Source: Candidatus Omnitrophota bacterium (GTDB taxonomy: Bacteria; Omnitrophota; Gorgyraeia; B26-G9). From it: 64,000 nucleotides of DNA. A program made the translations under genes and the position numbers. The stretch lies in contig JBDRPX010000038.1 of the NCBI GenBank assembly GCA_043826565.1, positions 70,334 through 134,333 on the forward strand, read 5' to 3'. The notes beneath the pieces were generated by a model. The model saw only the letters and a list, made by a program, of their open reading frames with translations, was not told the DNA's origin and searched no databases. This document shows positions 40,157-50,615 of this stretch, piece after piece (position 1 is the first letter of the stretch; every line of letters starts with the position of its first letter).

Positions 40157-43100
40157 ATGAAACATGCCGACTTTGTTCATCTTCACGTACATAGTCAGTA
40201 CAGCTTATTGGACGGAGCCTGCCAAGTAGGTAAACTGGTTGATTTAGCGCAGACAATGCGTATGCCGGCACTAACCATCACCGATCATGGGAACATTTTC
40301 GGTGCTGTAGAATTTTACATTGAAGCGATGAAGAAAGGTATAAAGCCGATTATCGGATGTGAAACCTATGTTGCAAAAACAAGTAGATTTAAAAAGATAG
40401 AAGCTGGAATAAGAGAACAATCTCACCATTTAACTCTCCTGGTAAAAAATGAACAAGGTTATAAAAATTTAATACGCCTGGTTACTATCGCGTATCTGGA
40501 AGGGTTTTATTATAAGCCAAGAATAGATAAAGAAGTTCTGGGGCTATATATCAGCGGATTAATCGGTCTTTCCGGATGTTTAAAAGGGGAAATTTCTTCT
40601 TTATTTACAGAAGGTAAAGAAAAAGAAGCTTATGATGTTGCCCAGCAGTATAAAGAACTGTTTGAGCCGGAAAGCTTCTATTTAGAACTCATGGATCACG
40701 GCATTCCTGAACAAAAGAAAGTAAACCGGCAATTAATAAAACTTGGTAAAGATCTGAATATTCCTTTAGTTGCTACTAATGATGTTCATTATTTAAAAAA
40801 GGATATGGCGCATGCTCATGAGGTATTGCTTTGTATCCAGACCCAGACAAATCTTGATGACTCAACGCGGATGAAATTAAAAACTGATGAATTTTATTTT
40901 AAGTCAGCTGAAGAAATGAAGAAATTATTTGCGGAAGTTCCGGAAGCAATTTCAAATACGATCAAGATAACGGAAATGTGTAATCTGGAAATTGATTTTA
41001 GTAAAACGCATTTACCGCAGTATAAACTCCCCGGAGGTCTAACGGCAATTGAAGCTTTAAAACAGGAATGCCTGAAAGTAATTGATTCTAAATATACTAC
41101 GAATCGGGAAGTTGCCGGGAATAGACTGGAGCAGGAGCTGTCGGTTATAAAAAATTCAGGATTCGCCAGCTACTTTTTAATTACTGCGGATTTTGTGCAT
41201 TTTGCTAAACGCAATAGTATCCCTGTTGGTCCGGGAAGAGGATCAGCCGCCGGCAGTATTGTAAGCTACCTTATGGGTATAACTGAGATTGATCCTTTGA
41301 AATATGATCTTCTCTTTGAAAGATTTCTGAATCCGGAAAGAGTCACGTTCCCGGATATTGATATTGACTTTTGTTATGAAAGACGTGATGAAGTTATTAA
41401 ATATGTAACCGAAAAGTATGGGGAAGATAATGTAGCACAAATTATTACTTTTGGAACTATGGCCGCAAAAGGAGTGCTTCGGGATGTCGGAAGAGTAATG
41501 GGCATTCCTTATGCTGATGTTGATAAAATCGCCAAGCTGGTGCCTAATGATCTGAATATAACACTAGCCCAGGCTGTGGAAGCGGAGCCGGAACTAAAGT
41601 TACTTTATCGTTCAGATAAAACTATTAAAGATCTTATCAACACATCCTATGTTCTTGAAGGACTAACTCGACATGCCTCAACTCATGCTGCGGGAGTGGT
41701 TATAAGTGATAAGCCTCTTTATGAATACATTCCGCTTTTTAAGTCTTCTGAGGGACAGATAACTACCGGTTTCACCATGAAATCACTTGAAAAAATCGGT
41801 TTGCTGAAAATGGATTTTTTGGGCCTTAAGACGCTTACAGTTATAAATGAAGCTCTTAAAATTGTCAAGCGTACTAAAAATACAGCTATTGATATTCAGA
41901 ATATCAGTTTAGAAGATAATAAAACTTATGAGTTGTTCGCTAATGCTGAAACCGCCGGTGTTTTTCAGCTGGAAAGTTCCGGAATGAGGGAATTGCTAAA
42001 AAAATTAAAACCGGATAAATTTGAAGACATTATCGCATTACTTGCGCTTTATCGTCCCGGCCCCTTGGGCAGTGGAATGGTTGATGACTTTATCAATAGA
42101 AAAAGAAAAGGCGCAAAGGTTCGTTACGATCATAAGCTGCTTGAGCCGGTACTAAAAGATACGTATGGAATTATACTTTATCAGGAGCAGGTCATGCGTA
42201 TTACTAATGTACTAGCGGGTTTTACATTAGCTCAGGCTGATTTACTGCGTCGAGCTATCGGGAAAAAGATACCTGAGGTAATTGAGAACCAGCGAAAATC
42301 ATTTATAGACGGTGCGCAAAAAAATAATATCGGCAAGAAAATCGCCGAAAGAATTTTTGATCTTATTGAATATTTTGCCGGATACGGTTTTAATAAAAGC
42401 CATTCTGCAGCATATGCGATGATTTCTTACCAAACAGCTTTTCTTAAAGCTAACTTTCCTGTAGAATTTATGGCCGCATTGCTATCGAGCGAAAAAGATA
42501 ATACTGATAAAATAGCTCGTTATATAAATGAAATGAAGCGTATGAAAATACGCATATTACCACCTGATGTTAATGAAAGTTTCTCTCAGTTCACTGTGGT
42601 CGGAGATGATGCGATAAGATTCGGACTTTCGGCAGTTAAAAACGTAGGAAAAGGGGCTGTTGAAGCAATTATTCAGGCTAGAAAATCCGGCGGACCGTTT
42701 ACTTCTCTGGTGAATTTTTGTGAAAGAGTAGATATGAAATCAGCAAACAAAAAAGTCTTAGAAAGTTTAATTAAGTGCGGTGCTTTCGACGGAAAAAGCG
42801 CAAATAGAGCGCAATTGATGGCGGGGTTGGAAAAAATAATGAGTCTTGCCAGTTCTCTTCAGAGAGATCGGCAAAGTGGTCAATTATTGCTTTTTCAAAA
42901 TCCCCAGGAGTCTAAAGGATTGCAAAGTGACTTGCCTGATGTTGAAGAATGGCCGATGTTACAATTACTGTCAAATGAAAAGATGATGTTAGGCTTTTAT
43001 ATTACCGCCCACCCCTTAGAACAATATGATAAAATACTTAAAAGATATGCAATCTTAACAATAACGGAGCTTTTGAATAAAAAAACCATTCCTAATGAGA

Positions 43101-43597
43101 TCTATGTTGCCGGGATTTTAGAAAAAGTAAAAGTAACACTTACAAAAAGGTCTGCGGAAAAAATGGCAATTATTAGAATGGAAGACTTAGAAACATCCCT
43201 GGACCTTTTAGTCTTTCCGGAAACATATCGGAAGACTTCTTCCTGTATTGAAGAAGATAAACTTGTTGTTGTTCAGGGTAAGCTGGATTTAAGGGAAGAT
43301 ACTCCCAAAATCATCGCTTCGAATATTATACCTATTGAAGATATATCTGCAGCATTAGTCAGCAGTATAAATCTGAATATTTCTGGTTTAGCCGCTAAGA
43401 AAAAAGAACTGGCAAAGTTAAAAGAAACAATCCTGTCTCACCCGGGGAAAACCCCTGTCCATCTGGCAATGGGTGCGGCGGCAGGAAGAAAAATCAAGAT
43501 CAAGGCAGAAGCTAGTGTTAATGTTAATAATGAACTGCTCGCTCAACTGGAAGATATCCTGGGAAAAGAAGATGTTTGTATATCTATAAAAAAATAG
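40157..43597 (+). CDS. dnaE: DNA polymerase III alpha subunit
   Basis: HLHVHSQYSLLDG, PGRGSAAGS, PDIDIDF, YGFNKSH, clamp motif QLLLF. Confidence 0.98.
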   Translation: MKHADFVHLHVHSQYSLLDGACQVGKLVDLAQTMRMPALTITDHGNIFGAVEFYIEAMKKGIKPIIGCETYVAKTSRFKKIEAGIREQSHHLTLLVKNEQGYKNLIRLVTIAYLEGFYYKPRIDKEVLGLYISGLIGLSGCLKGEISSLFTEGKEKEAYDVAQQYKELFEPESFYLELMDHGIPEQKKVNRQLIKLGKDLNIPLVATNDVHYLKKDMAHAHEVLLCIQTQTNLDDSTRMKLKTDEFYFKSAEEMKKLFAEVPEAISNTIKITEMCNLEIDFSKTHLPQYKLPGGLTAIEALKQECLKVIDSKYTTNREVAGNRLEQELSVIKNSGFASYFLITADFVHFAKRNSIPVGPGRGSAAGSIVSYLMGITEIDPLKYDLLFERFLNPERVTFPDIDIDFCYERRDEVIKYVTEKYGEDNVAQIITFGTMAAKGVLRDVGRVMGIPYADVDKIAKLVPNDLNITLAQAVEAEPELKLLYRSDKTIKDLINTSYVLEGLTRHASTHAAGVVISDKPLYEYIPLFKSSEGQITTGFTMKSLEKIGLLKMDFLGLKTLTVINEALKIVKRTKNTAIDIQNISLEDNKTYELFANAETAGVFQLESSGMRELLKKLKPDKFEDIIALLALYRPGPLGSGMVDDFINRKRKGAKVRYDHKLLEPVLKDTYGIILYQEQVMRITNVLAGFTLAQADLLRRAIGKKIPEVIENQRKSFIDGAQKNNIGKKIAERIFDLIEYFAGYGFNKSHSAAYAMISYQTAFLKANFPVEFMAALLSSEKDNTDKIARYINEMKRMKIRILPPDVNESFSQFTVVGDDAIRFGLSAVKNVGKGAVEAIIQARKSGGPFTSLVNFCERVDMKSANKKVLESLIKCGAFDGKSANRAQLMAGLEKIMSLASSLQRDRQSGQLLLFQNPQESKGLQSDLPDVEEWPMLQLLSNEKMMLGFYITAHPLEQYDKILKRYAILTITELLNKKTIPNEIYVAGILEKVKVTLTKRSAEKMAIIRMEDLETSLDLLVFPETYRKTSSCIEEDKLVVVQGKLDLREDTPKIIASNIIPIEDISAALVSSINLNISGLAAKKKELAKLKETILSHPGKTPVHLAMGAAAGRKIKIKAEASVNVNNELLAQLEDILGKEDVCISIKK

Positions 43598-43629
43598 GTA
43601 TAATAAATAATTAACACAAGGAGAATAAA

Positions 43630-45024
43630 ATGGAAGAAACCTTTGACCTATATAATGAACTGCGAGCAAATACACGGATACGCGCCCGATTAAAGGTCCA
43701 AATACAGCAAGTCAATACTGATGGGTCTTTAGCCCAAACGGTGCTGACAATGGCTAAGGATATCAGTACTACCGGAATACTAGTCGACCTGGATAATGCC
43801 TTACCATTACATTCGAAGATAAAAGTATCCTTTAGGCTGCCCCAAGTGCAACTACCAGTTGAAATAATAACCAAGGTTGTTCGTGTAGAGGAATTTAAAA
43901 ATGGTAGGTTTGGCATTGGAATGATATTTGAAGATATTCTAAATGATAATAAAGAGGAGATAATTAAGAGAATTGAAGTGATGGATATTCTGAAGCTCTT
44001 ACAGGTTACTTATCAAAGAAAAGCCTCAGATTTACATCTTACTTATAACCGCCCGCCAACTTTACGATTGCATGGGCGATTGATTCCTATGGAAACAGAC
44101 CCGTTAGGAACATTAGAATTAAAGAATTTGATTTACAGTATTCTTACTGATGAACAAATAGCCCGCTTTGAAAAATTTCGCGAGCTGGATTTTGCTTTCT
44201 CACCAAACCCTGAGCTGAGATTTAGAGTTAATGTCCATGTGCAAAGAGGCAATGTCGAAGCTACTTTTCGCGTAATTATGCCGGATTTAAAGACATTACA
44301 AGAGCTTGGCTTACCAACTGTAGTAGAGGATTTGGCTTTACGAAAAAAAGGTATTGTTGTGATTGCCGGACCTACAGGGAGTGGAAAAACAACAACTCTG
44401 GCCGCGATGGTAGATATAATTAACCGGAAAAGAGAAGCAGTAATATTGTGCCTTGAAGATCCTATAGAATACATACACAAAAATCTGAATTCTATTATTA
44501 AGCAAAGAGAAATAGGTTCTGATACACTATCTTTTTCCGTAGCGCTTAAAAGAACGCTTCGTCAAGATCCTGATGTTATTGTAGTAGGAGAGTTACTTGA
44601 CGCGGAAACGGTACGTACAGTAGTAACTGCTGCGGAAACCGGGCATTTAGTTCTTACCTCACTGCATGCTCCGGATACAGTACAGGCTATCGACCGACTC
44701 ATAAGCATCTTTCCTCCTCAACAACGTCACCAGGCATGTGTACAGCTGGCAAATAGTTTGCAGGGGATCGTAACACAACTACTTGTTCCTAAAAAGGATA
44801 GGGAAACACGGGTTATTGCTACAGAGGTTATGGTAATGACTGATGCTATTCGCAATCATATTCGCGAAGGACAAACCATACAAATTCCTTCAACTATTCA
44901 AACTGGAGCCAAATATAGAATGCATACAATGGCAGAAAGCTTTAAACGTTTATATTACAACAACATAATCTCTAAAGAGACCGCTCTTGACAATTGTCCG
45001 GAGTTGGCCCAAATAATAACTTGA
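43630..45024 (+). CDS. pilT: PilT-family pilus retraction ATPase with N-terminal PilZ domain
   Basis: RANTR and DISTTG (PilZ); ASDLHL, GPTGSGKTTT, EDPIEY, LRQDPD, AAETGH, AIRNHIRE. Confidence 0.9.
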   Translation: MEETFDLYNELRANTRIRARLKVQIQQVNTDGSLAQTVLTMAKDISTTGILVDLDNALPLHSKIKVSFRLPQVQLPVEIITKVVRVEEFKNGRFGIGMIFEDILNDNKEEIIKRIEVMDILKLLQVTYQRKASDLHLTYNRPPTLRLHGRLIPMETDPLGTLELKNLIYSILTDEQIARFEKFRELDFAFSPNPELRFRVNVHVQRGNVEATFRVIMPDLKTLQELGLPTVVEDLALRKKGIVVIAGPTGSGKTTTLAAMVDIINRKREAVILCLEDPIEYIHKNLNSIIKQREIGSDTLSFSVALKRTLRQDPDVIVVGELLDAETVRTVVTAAETGHLVLTSLHAPDTVQAIDRLISIFPPQQRHQACVQLANSLQGIVTQLLVPKKDRETRVIATEVMVMTDAIRNHIREGQTIQIPSTIQTGAKYRMHTMAESFKRLYYNNIISKETALDNCPELAQIIT

Positions 45025-45049
45025 CATAAAAAATGCGATATGATAAAAT
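45021..45049 (+). promoter_or_regulatory. Sigma70-type promoter
   Basis: TTGACA-N17-TAAAAT with a TG extension. Confidence 0.7.
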
Positions 45050-45086
45050 TTTTCAGTAGTCATTGATAAATGGAAGGATACGAAAA

Positions 45087-45572
45087 ATGATAGATCGGAA
45101 TTTAGAAAGTAAAATAAACCAAATCAAGGATTTTATTGTTTTATGGGAACAATATTATAAACTATACAAACAAACGGCAAATTCCCCAACGTTTACGGAA
45201 GAAGACGAAAAAAACTTTTTGGAACTTAAAAGTAGTTTAGCTAGAAAATATCAGGGTTTAATGGATTCCTTGGGAATTAAACCTACTGCTGAGGACAGAA
45301 CATTTGATGTAATTTCGCAAGTGATGAGTTTAAAAGGTGCTGCGTCCATGTCCCCATTACAGTTACAGAAATTAGAAAATGATTGGCATAATTCATACAT
45401 TACTTTAAATAAGATCATGGGATCCCTCGAAAACCGCAAATCTGAACTAGCTAAAGTCAATGTAATGGGAGAGTTTTTAAAAAAAATATTCACCAATCCG
45501 TTTTTTAATTTGGTGTTAATCATTGTTGTAATTTATTTTATATATTACGTTGTGACAACCATATTAAAGTAA
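45087..45572 (+). CDS. Hypothetical helical protein with C-terminal TM anchor
   Basis: Long ORF with a hydrophobic C-terminus; start placed at ATG 45087. Confidence 0.75.
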   Translation: MIDRNLESKINQIKDFIVLWEQYYKLYKQTANSPTFTEEDEKNFLELKSSLARKYQGLMDSLGIKPTAEDRTFDVISQVMSLKGAASMSPLQLQKLENDWHNSYITLNKIMGSLENRKSELAKVNVMGEFLKKIFTNPFFNLVLIIVVIYFIYYVVTTILK

Positions 45573-45606
45573 CCTTAATCAACGGTGGAAAGGAGGCTGA
45601 GCCGGT

Positions 45607-45879
45607 ATGACAAAGAAAGATATTGTGCTCAAAATCGCGAGTGAGACCAAGATGAAACAACAGGACATTAAGAAAATAGTGCAAAAAACTCTGGATACAA
45701 TCATTGAAAGCCTTGTAAATGACAAGACAGTTGAGTTGCGTAACTTTGGAATTTTCAAAGTAAAATCCAGAAGAGGAAGAACAGGGCGTAATCCCAGAAC
45801 CGGTCAGGTAGTCCCCGTACCCCCTAAAAAGGTGGTAGTATTCAAACCTGGGTTGGAAATGAAAAAATTAGTTAAGTAG
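45607..45879 (+). CDS. HU/IHF family DNA-binding protein
   Basis: MTKKDIV, LRNFGIF, GRNPRTG, FKPG. Confidence 0.95.
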   Translation: MTKKDIVLKIASETKMKQQDIKKIVQKTLDTIIESLVNDKTVELRNFGIFKVKSRRGRTGRNPRTGQVVPVPPKKVVVFKPGLEMKKLVK

Positions 45880-45913
45880 GTGTATTACTAACGCTGAAGA
45901 ATATTTAGGTTAT

Positions 45914-45953
45914 GCATAGAGCCCCAATTATTTTAATGGGGTTTTGTGCTTTT
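45914..45953 (+). terminator. Intrinsic terminator-like hairpin after HU
   Basis: GCATAGAGCCCCA-loop-TGGGGTTTTGTGC followed by TTTT. Confidence 0.65.
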
Positions 45954-45973
45954 GGTAAAAGAAGAGTGTACTT

Positions 45974-47242
45974 ATGAAATTTAAAGCCTTAAAAGGAGTG
46001 CAAGACATTCTGCCGGGAGAAATTGATAAGTGGGAATATCTCGAAGACTGTGCCAAAGAACAATTTTCTTTATACGGCTTTAATCAAATAAAGATTCCGG
46101 TTATTGAGGAAACCGGTCTTTTTGTGCGCAGTATCGGGCAGCAAACAGATATTGTAGAAAAAGAGATGTACTCTTTTGTAGACAGAGGAAAGAGAGAAAT
46201 ATCACTAAGGCCGGAAGCAACCGCCTCAGTAGTACGAGCCTATCTGGAACATAACCTTACCCAGCTTGGAGTAGCAAAATTATACTATATCGGACCTATG
46301 TTTCGGGGGGAAAAGCCGCAATCCGGAAGAAACCGGCAATTTTACCAGATGGGGATTGAAGCTTTGGGATCCTATGACCCATATTTTGATGCGGAAGTGA
46401 TTACCTTAGCTGTTGAATATCTTACTGAGATCGGTATAAAAAATTTCGATTTAGTATTGAACACCGTTGGATGTTCCCATGATAAAGCTGCGTACGCAAA
46501 ACTCCTAAAAACATATCTTAAAACTGAAGAAAAATCACTATGTGAAAATTGCCAAAACCGCTTAGAAAGAAATGTCCTGAGAGTTCTTGATTGTAAGAAC
46601 CCAAATTGTAAAAAAGTTATTCACTCCGCGCCAATTATTAATGATCACTTATGCTCAGAATGTAATGATCATTTCAAGTCAGTTAAACAATATTTAGATT
46701 TATCCGGAATAGCCTATAATTTAAGTCCTTACCTTGTACGTGGCCTGGACTATTATACTAAAACAGTTTTTGAGATTACACATCAAGGACTGGGTTCGCA
46801 AAATGCAATTTGTGCCGGCGGACGATATGATAATCTAATTAAGGATATGGGCGGGCTTGCTCAGGGCGCAACTGGATTTGCTTTTGGAATTGAACGTTTA
46901 TTATTAGCTGCTAGCGCTGAAGAAATAGTTTTCCCGATTCAGAAAAAAACGGTTATTTATGCTATTGGATTAGGTGAAGATAACTGTAAAGAACTTTTTA
47001 AAATTGTGGCTGTTTTAAGGAGGAAAAAAAATTGTGTTATCAATGGTTTTGAGCAGAAATCATTAAAAGCTCACATGAAGCAGTCCCATAAGCTCGGCAG
47101 TGATATCACCCTGATTTTAGGTGAAGAAGAATTTAAAGATAATTGTATTCTTATCCGCGATATGCAAAGCGGAGAGCAGGAAAAAGTTAAGCTTAACGAA
47201 GTTGTTGCGATACTGGAAAAAAAAATAAAGAATAAGGTCTAA
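45974..47242 (+). CDS. hisS: Histidyl-tRNA synthetase
   Basis: LRPEATA, GRNRQFYQ, VRGLDYYT, GGRYD, FGIERL. Confidence 0.97.
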   Translation: MKFKALKGVQDILPGEIDKWEYLEDCAKEQFSLYGFNQIKIPVIEETGLFVRSIGQQTDIVEKEMYSFVDRGKREISLRPEATASVVRAYLEHNLTQLGVAKLYYIGPMFRGEKPQSGRNRQFYQMGIEALGSYDPYFDAEVITLAVEYLTEIGIKNFDLVLNTVGCSHDKAAYAKLLKTYLKTEEKSLCENCQNRLERNVLRVLDCKNPNCKKVIHSAPIINDHLCSECNDHFKSVKQYLDLSGIAYNLSPYLVRGLDYYTKTVFEITHQGLGSQNAICAGGRYDNLIKDMGGLAQGATGFAFGIERLLLAASAEEIVFPIQKKTVIYAIGLGEDNCKELFKIVAVLRRKKNCVINGFEQKSLKAHMKQSHKLGSDITLILGEEEFKDNCILIRDMQSGEQEKVKLNEVVAILEKKIKNKV

Positions 47243-47243
47243 A

Positions 47244-48398
47244 ATGCCTCATCAAACTACCAAAGATCCAGAAGCAGGTCAACTTGCCCCTTATGCGATG
47301 ACAAGTGCGTGGTCGAAAGGAAGATGTTTTAAGGAAGAAGAGCATCCCTATCGTTCAATATTCCAAAGAGATAGAGACCGCATTATTCACTCCAGTGCCT
47401 TTCGCAGGCTTCAATACAAAACCCAGGTTTTTGTTAATCATGAAGGTGATCAGTACCGGACCCGATTAACACATACTCTGGAAGTAGTTCAAATAGCCCG
47501 CACAATCGCTAAAGCTTTGAGGCTTAACGAAGAACTTGTTGAAGCAATTGCTTTAGCTCATGATATTGGGCATACACCTTTCGGACATGCCGGAGAAGAT
47601 GCTTTGCGCGATATCATGAAAAACCATGGTGGCTTTGAACACAATCAGCATGGCTTACGCGTGGTTGATGTTCTTGAAGAACGTTATCCTGATTTTAAAG
47701 GGCTTAATTTAACTTGGGAAGTAAGAGAAGGCATCATCAAACATGCAACAACTTTTGATGCGCCGACACCCCCCCAAGAATTTGAACCAAAGTTGATGCC
47801 GACCTTAGAAGCTCAAATAGTTGATGTCGCTGATGAGATTGCTTATAATAATCACGATCTTGATGACGGAATTAGGAGCGGATTCATAAAAGAGAAGGAT
47901 TTGGTTGATATTGAACTTTGGCGCTTGGCCAAAAAAATTGTACGGGAAAAATATTCTAATCCGGATGAACACATTGAAAAATATCAAATTATCCGGACTT
48001 TAATTAATATTCAGGTAACGGAACTTCTCGACGCGACAATAAAAAAAATTAATGACCTTAGGATTGATTCACCGGAAAAATCCAGAACCCAAAAAGAAAA
48101 AATTATTACTTTTAAGGATTTGCCGATTAATCCAAAATTAAAAGAACTATCGAATTTTCTCTATAAAAATCTTTACCGTCATTTTAAAGTTGTGCGTATG
48201 TCCAGCAAAGCCAAGCGTTTTATAAAAGAAATGTTTGAGGTTTATCTGGAAAACCCTGAACAGCTGCCAAATCTTCCCAAGGAAAATCTTAACGAAAAGC
48301 AGAAATACTGCTTAGTCTGCGATCATATAGCCGGAATGACTGATCGCTATGCCCTGGATGAATACAAAAAATTATTTCATCCCTGGGAAAAAGTTTAA
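47244..48398 (+). CDS. dgt: Deoxyguanosinetriphosphate triphosphohydrolase-like HD protein
   Basis: RDRDRIIHS.AFRRL..KTQVF, RTRLTH, HDIGHTPFGHAGE, IAGMTD. Confidence 0.93.
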   Translation: MPHQTTKDPEAGQLAPYAMTSAWSKGRCFKEEEHPYRSIFQRDRDRIIHSSAFRRLQYKTQVFVNHEGDQYRTRLTHTLEVVQIARTIAKALRLNEELVEAIALAHDIGHTPFGHAGEDALRDIMKNHGGFEHNQHGLRVVDVLEERYPDFKGLNLTWEVREGIIKHATTFDAPTPPQEFEPKLMPTLEAQIVDVADEIAYNNHDLDDGIRSGFIKEKDLVDIELWRLAKKIVREKYSNPDEHIEKYQIIRTLINIQVTELLDATIKKINDLRIDSPEKSRTQKEKIITFKDLPINPKLKELSNFLYKNLYRHFKVVRMSSKAKRFIKEMFEVYLENPEQLPNLPKENLNEKQKYCLVCDHIAGMTDRYALDEYKKLFHPWEKV

Positions 48399-48453
48399 TG
48401 CACTAACCCTAATAAACACAGTATATAGCGGCTAATAATTTCACATAAATATC

Positions 48454-48482
48454 TTGACAAGCATTGGTACAGAAATTATAAT
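48454..48482 (+). promoter_or_regulatory. Consensus sigma70 promoter for the PilZ / HD-GYP pair
   Basis: TTGACA-N17-TATAAT. Confidence 0.8.
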
Positions 48483-48548
48483 AGAAATCAGAAAGAATTT
48501 TAATGATTTTAAAAAACATAAAAAAACTTTGTAGCGGGGGGGGGAGTT

Positions 48549-48920
48549 ATGGATAACCACAGGCCCTTTGACGAAAGAAGGAGCTTTTCGAGAATAAATA
48601 TTCCAGAAGTCAGGGCAAATTTCAAATTGCTTAATTTGCGCACCTATTCGACCTACCTTGAAAAAAATCCAGAGCCGGTAGAAAATATTAGTCTTGGCGG
48701 AATGTTATTAAAGAGTTATAATCATTTAGAGAAAAAAACTCCGGTGGCAATCGATTTGAAAGTCGGAACTGAAAATTATTTGATGAGGATTTTCGGCCGG
48801 ATTGCCTGGATAAAGGAAGTAGAAAAAAATGATTACTTGATGGGTATTAGTTTTTCTTGGTGGAATAAGGAAGAGGACAAGAAAAGAATACGAGAATTAA
48901 TAGTAAAAAATAAATTCTAA
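48549..48920 (+). CDS. Stand-alone PilZ domain protein
   Basis: ERRSFSR, NISLGG, GRIAW, GISF. Confidence 0.85.
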   Translation: MDNHRPFDERRSFSRINIPEVRANFKLLNLRTYSTYLEKNPEPVENISLGGMLLKSYNHLEKKTPVAIDLKVGTENYLMRIFGRIAWIKEVEKNDYLMGISFSWWNKEEDKKRIRELIVKNKF

Positions 48921-48941
48921 TGCTCAGGAGATAAACTTTCA

Positions 48942-50441
48942 ATGAAAGTTTCATATAAAGAAGAAACATTTAACAAGCTAATTGAACATCCTAGCTGGAA
49001 AATAGAGCTTGATTGCTTTTCGAAAATTATTGGTAATGCTGAATGGGCGGTGATTTCGGATAATAAGAAGAATTATAAAAGTCTAGGTAAAAACAGCAAG
49101 CTTAAAGCTTTATCATCAAAAGATTCCGTTAAGCATATTAATAAACTTATTCCTCTGGCGCAAAAAAGCCGAAAAATTCAGAAAAAAATATCATCTGACG
49201 GAAGCTGTTTCTATTGCGTACCTGTAATCCGTGGTGATCAAATCTACGGATATATTGGTATTCGCAGTATGAAATCTGAAATCCCACCAAAGTTTTTAGA
49301 ATTATTTCATGCTTTTACGTCTACCACATTAGAAAGCGCTCAAAAGGAGTTGGAACTTGCAAAACTTTCCGAATCCATCAGACCCCGAGCCATAGCTTTA
49401 TCTACGGTACATACAGTTAATCGAATTATTAGTTCAACTCTGGAAATCGAAGAATTGCTTCCGCGAATTGCCCGGCTAAGCTTGCAGGTTTTACGTGCTA
49501 GACGCTGCACAATTATGATGGTTGATAAAAACAAACGATCTTTAGTCCCTCTGGCCGTTATTGATCTTCAGCAAAAAAAACCAAAACAAGCAATTTTAAA
49601 AATGGGACAAGGTCTTCCGGGAAAAGTAATACGGGATGGGAAAACCATTGTTCGAGATCAATATTTATGCGTGCCGTTTGTTTCTGAGGAAAGCATAATT
49701 GGGGCAATAAGCATTTACAATCAAATCGATAATAAGCCTTTTACAATTTTTGATAAGGAGATCCTGACAACACTTGCGGAGCAAGCTGTAATCGCAATTA
49801 AAAATGCGCAGTTATATGATGAGCAGGAAAAATTAACCTTAAACAGCATTAAGGCTTTAGCATCGGTGTTAAGTTCCGGAGTTACTTTTAATTATGGCAG
49901 AACAAATATATTTATAAACATAACAATGTCTATTGGAATGGAGCTTAAACTCAGGTCTGATGAAATGAGAATTTTGTATTACGCCGCCCTGTTGCATAAT
50001 GTCAGCCAGATGAGTTTACCTGAGAAGCTTTTAAAGAAATCAACTAAACTTACCGGAAAAGACTATAAGATAATCAGAGAGCACCCTTTAGTTGGAGCGC
50101 AGATCATCCGACCTATTGGCGGACGGTTAAAATCCGTGTTGCCGATCATAATTTATCATCATGAAAGATATGACGGGGAGGGATATCCCAGTGGGTTAAA
50201 GGGGGATGATATCCCTTTGGGCGCCCGCATCTTAACAGTTGCGGATTCATTCGAGGCAATGCTTTCAATGCGACCTTATAGAAAAAAAATGACTGTATCA
50301 CAAGCCGTAACTGAAATTGTGAAAAACAGTGGTGAGCAGTTTGACCCGGTTATCGTAGATGCTTTTGTTCGTGTCATAAAAAGATTCCGAAATAAAATTT
50401 TCAAAACCGGCAAAAACGCTTGGGTATGGAAAAACTTTTAA
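48942..50441 (+). CDS. GAF plus HD-GYP domain protein (HD degenerate)
   Basis: GAF ending AIKNAQLY; LHNVSQ in place of LHDIGK; HHERYDGEGYP, IPLGARI..VADSF, RPYR. Confidence 0.87.
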   Translation: MKVSYKEETFNKLIEHPSWKIELDCFSKIIGNAEWAVISDNKKNYKSLGKNSKLKALSSKDSVKHINKLIPLAQKSRKIQKKISSDGSCFYCVPVIRGDQIYGYIGIRSMKSEIPPKFLELFHAFTSTTLESAQKELELAKLSESIRPRAIALSTVHTVNRIISSTLEIEELLPRIARLSLQVLRARRCTIMMVDKNKRSLVPLAVIDLQQKKPKQAILKMGQGLPGKVIRDGKTIVRDQYLCVPFVSEESIIGAISIYNQIDNKPFTIFDKEILTTLAEQAVIAIKNAQLYDEQEKLTLNSIKALASVLSSGVTFNYGRTNIFINITMSIGMELKLRSDEMRILYYAALLHNVSQMSLPEKLLKKSTKLTGKDYKIIREHPLVGAQIIRPIGGRLKSVLPIIIYHHERYDGEGYPSGLKGDDIPLGARILTVADSFEAMLSMRPYRKKMTVSQAVTEIVKNSGEQFDPVIVDAFVRVIKRFRNKIFKTGKNAWVWKNF

Positions 50442-50615
50442 GAACGAAAAATGGTGCATTCTTGGCACGTAACATGTGTTAACGCAATAAGATAAAATTC
50501 TTAATCGTGTTTTTGCAAAAAGTTTTACAAAAATCGTTGTGTTTATGGTATTTTTTGATATAATATATATTTAGCTGAATATAATTTCATGCATTCTGAT
50601 ACAGGAGGTATCTTA

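Noticed and set aside
48416-48431. NrdR-box-like sequence ACACAGTATATAGCGG
   Set aside because: Single copy with several mismatches, downstream of dgt and upstream of a PilZ gene rather than nrd genes.
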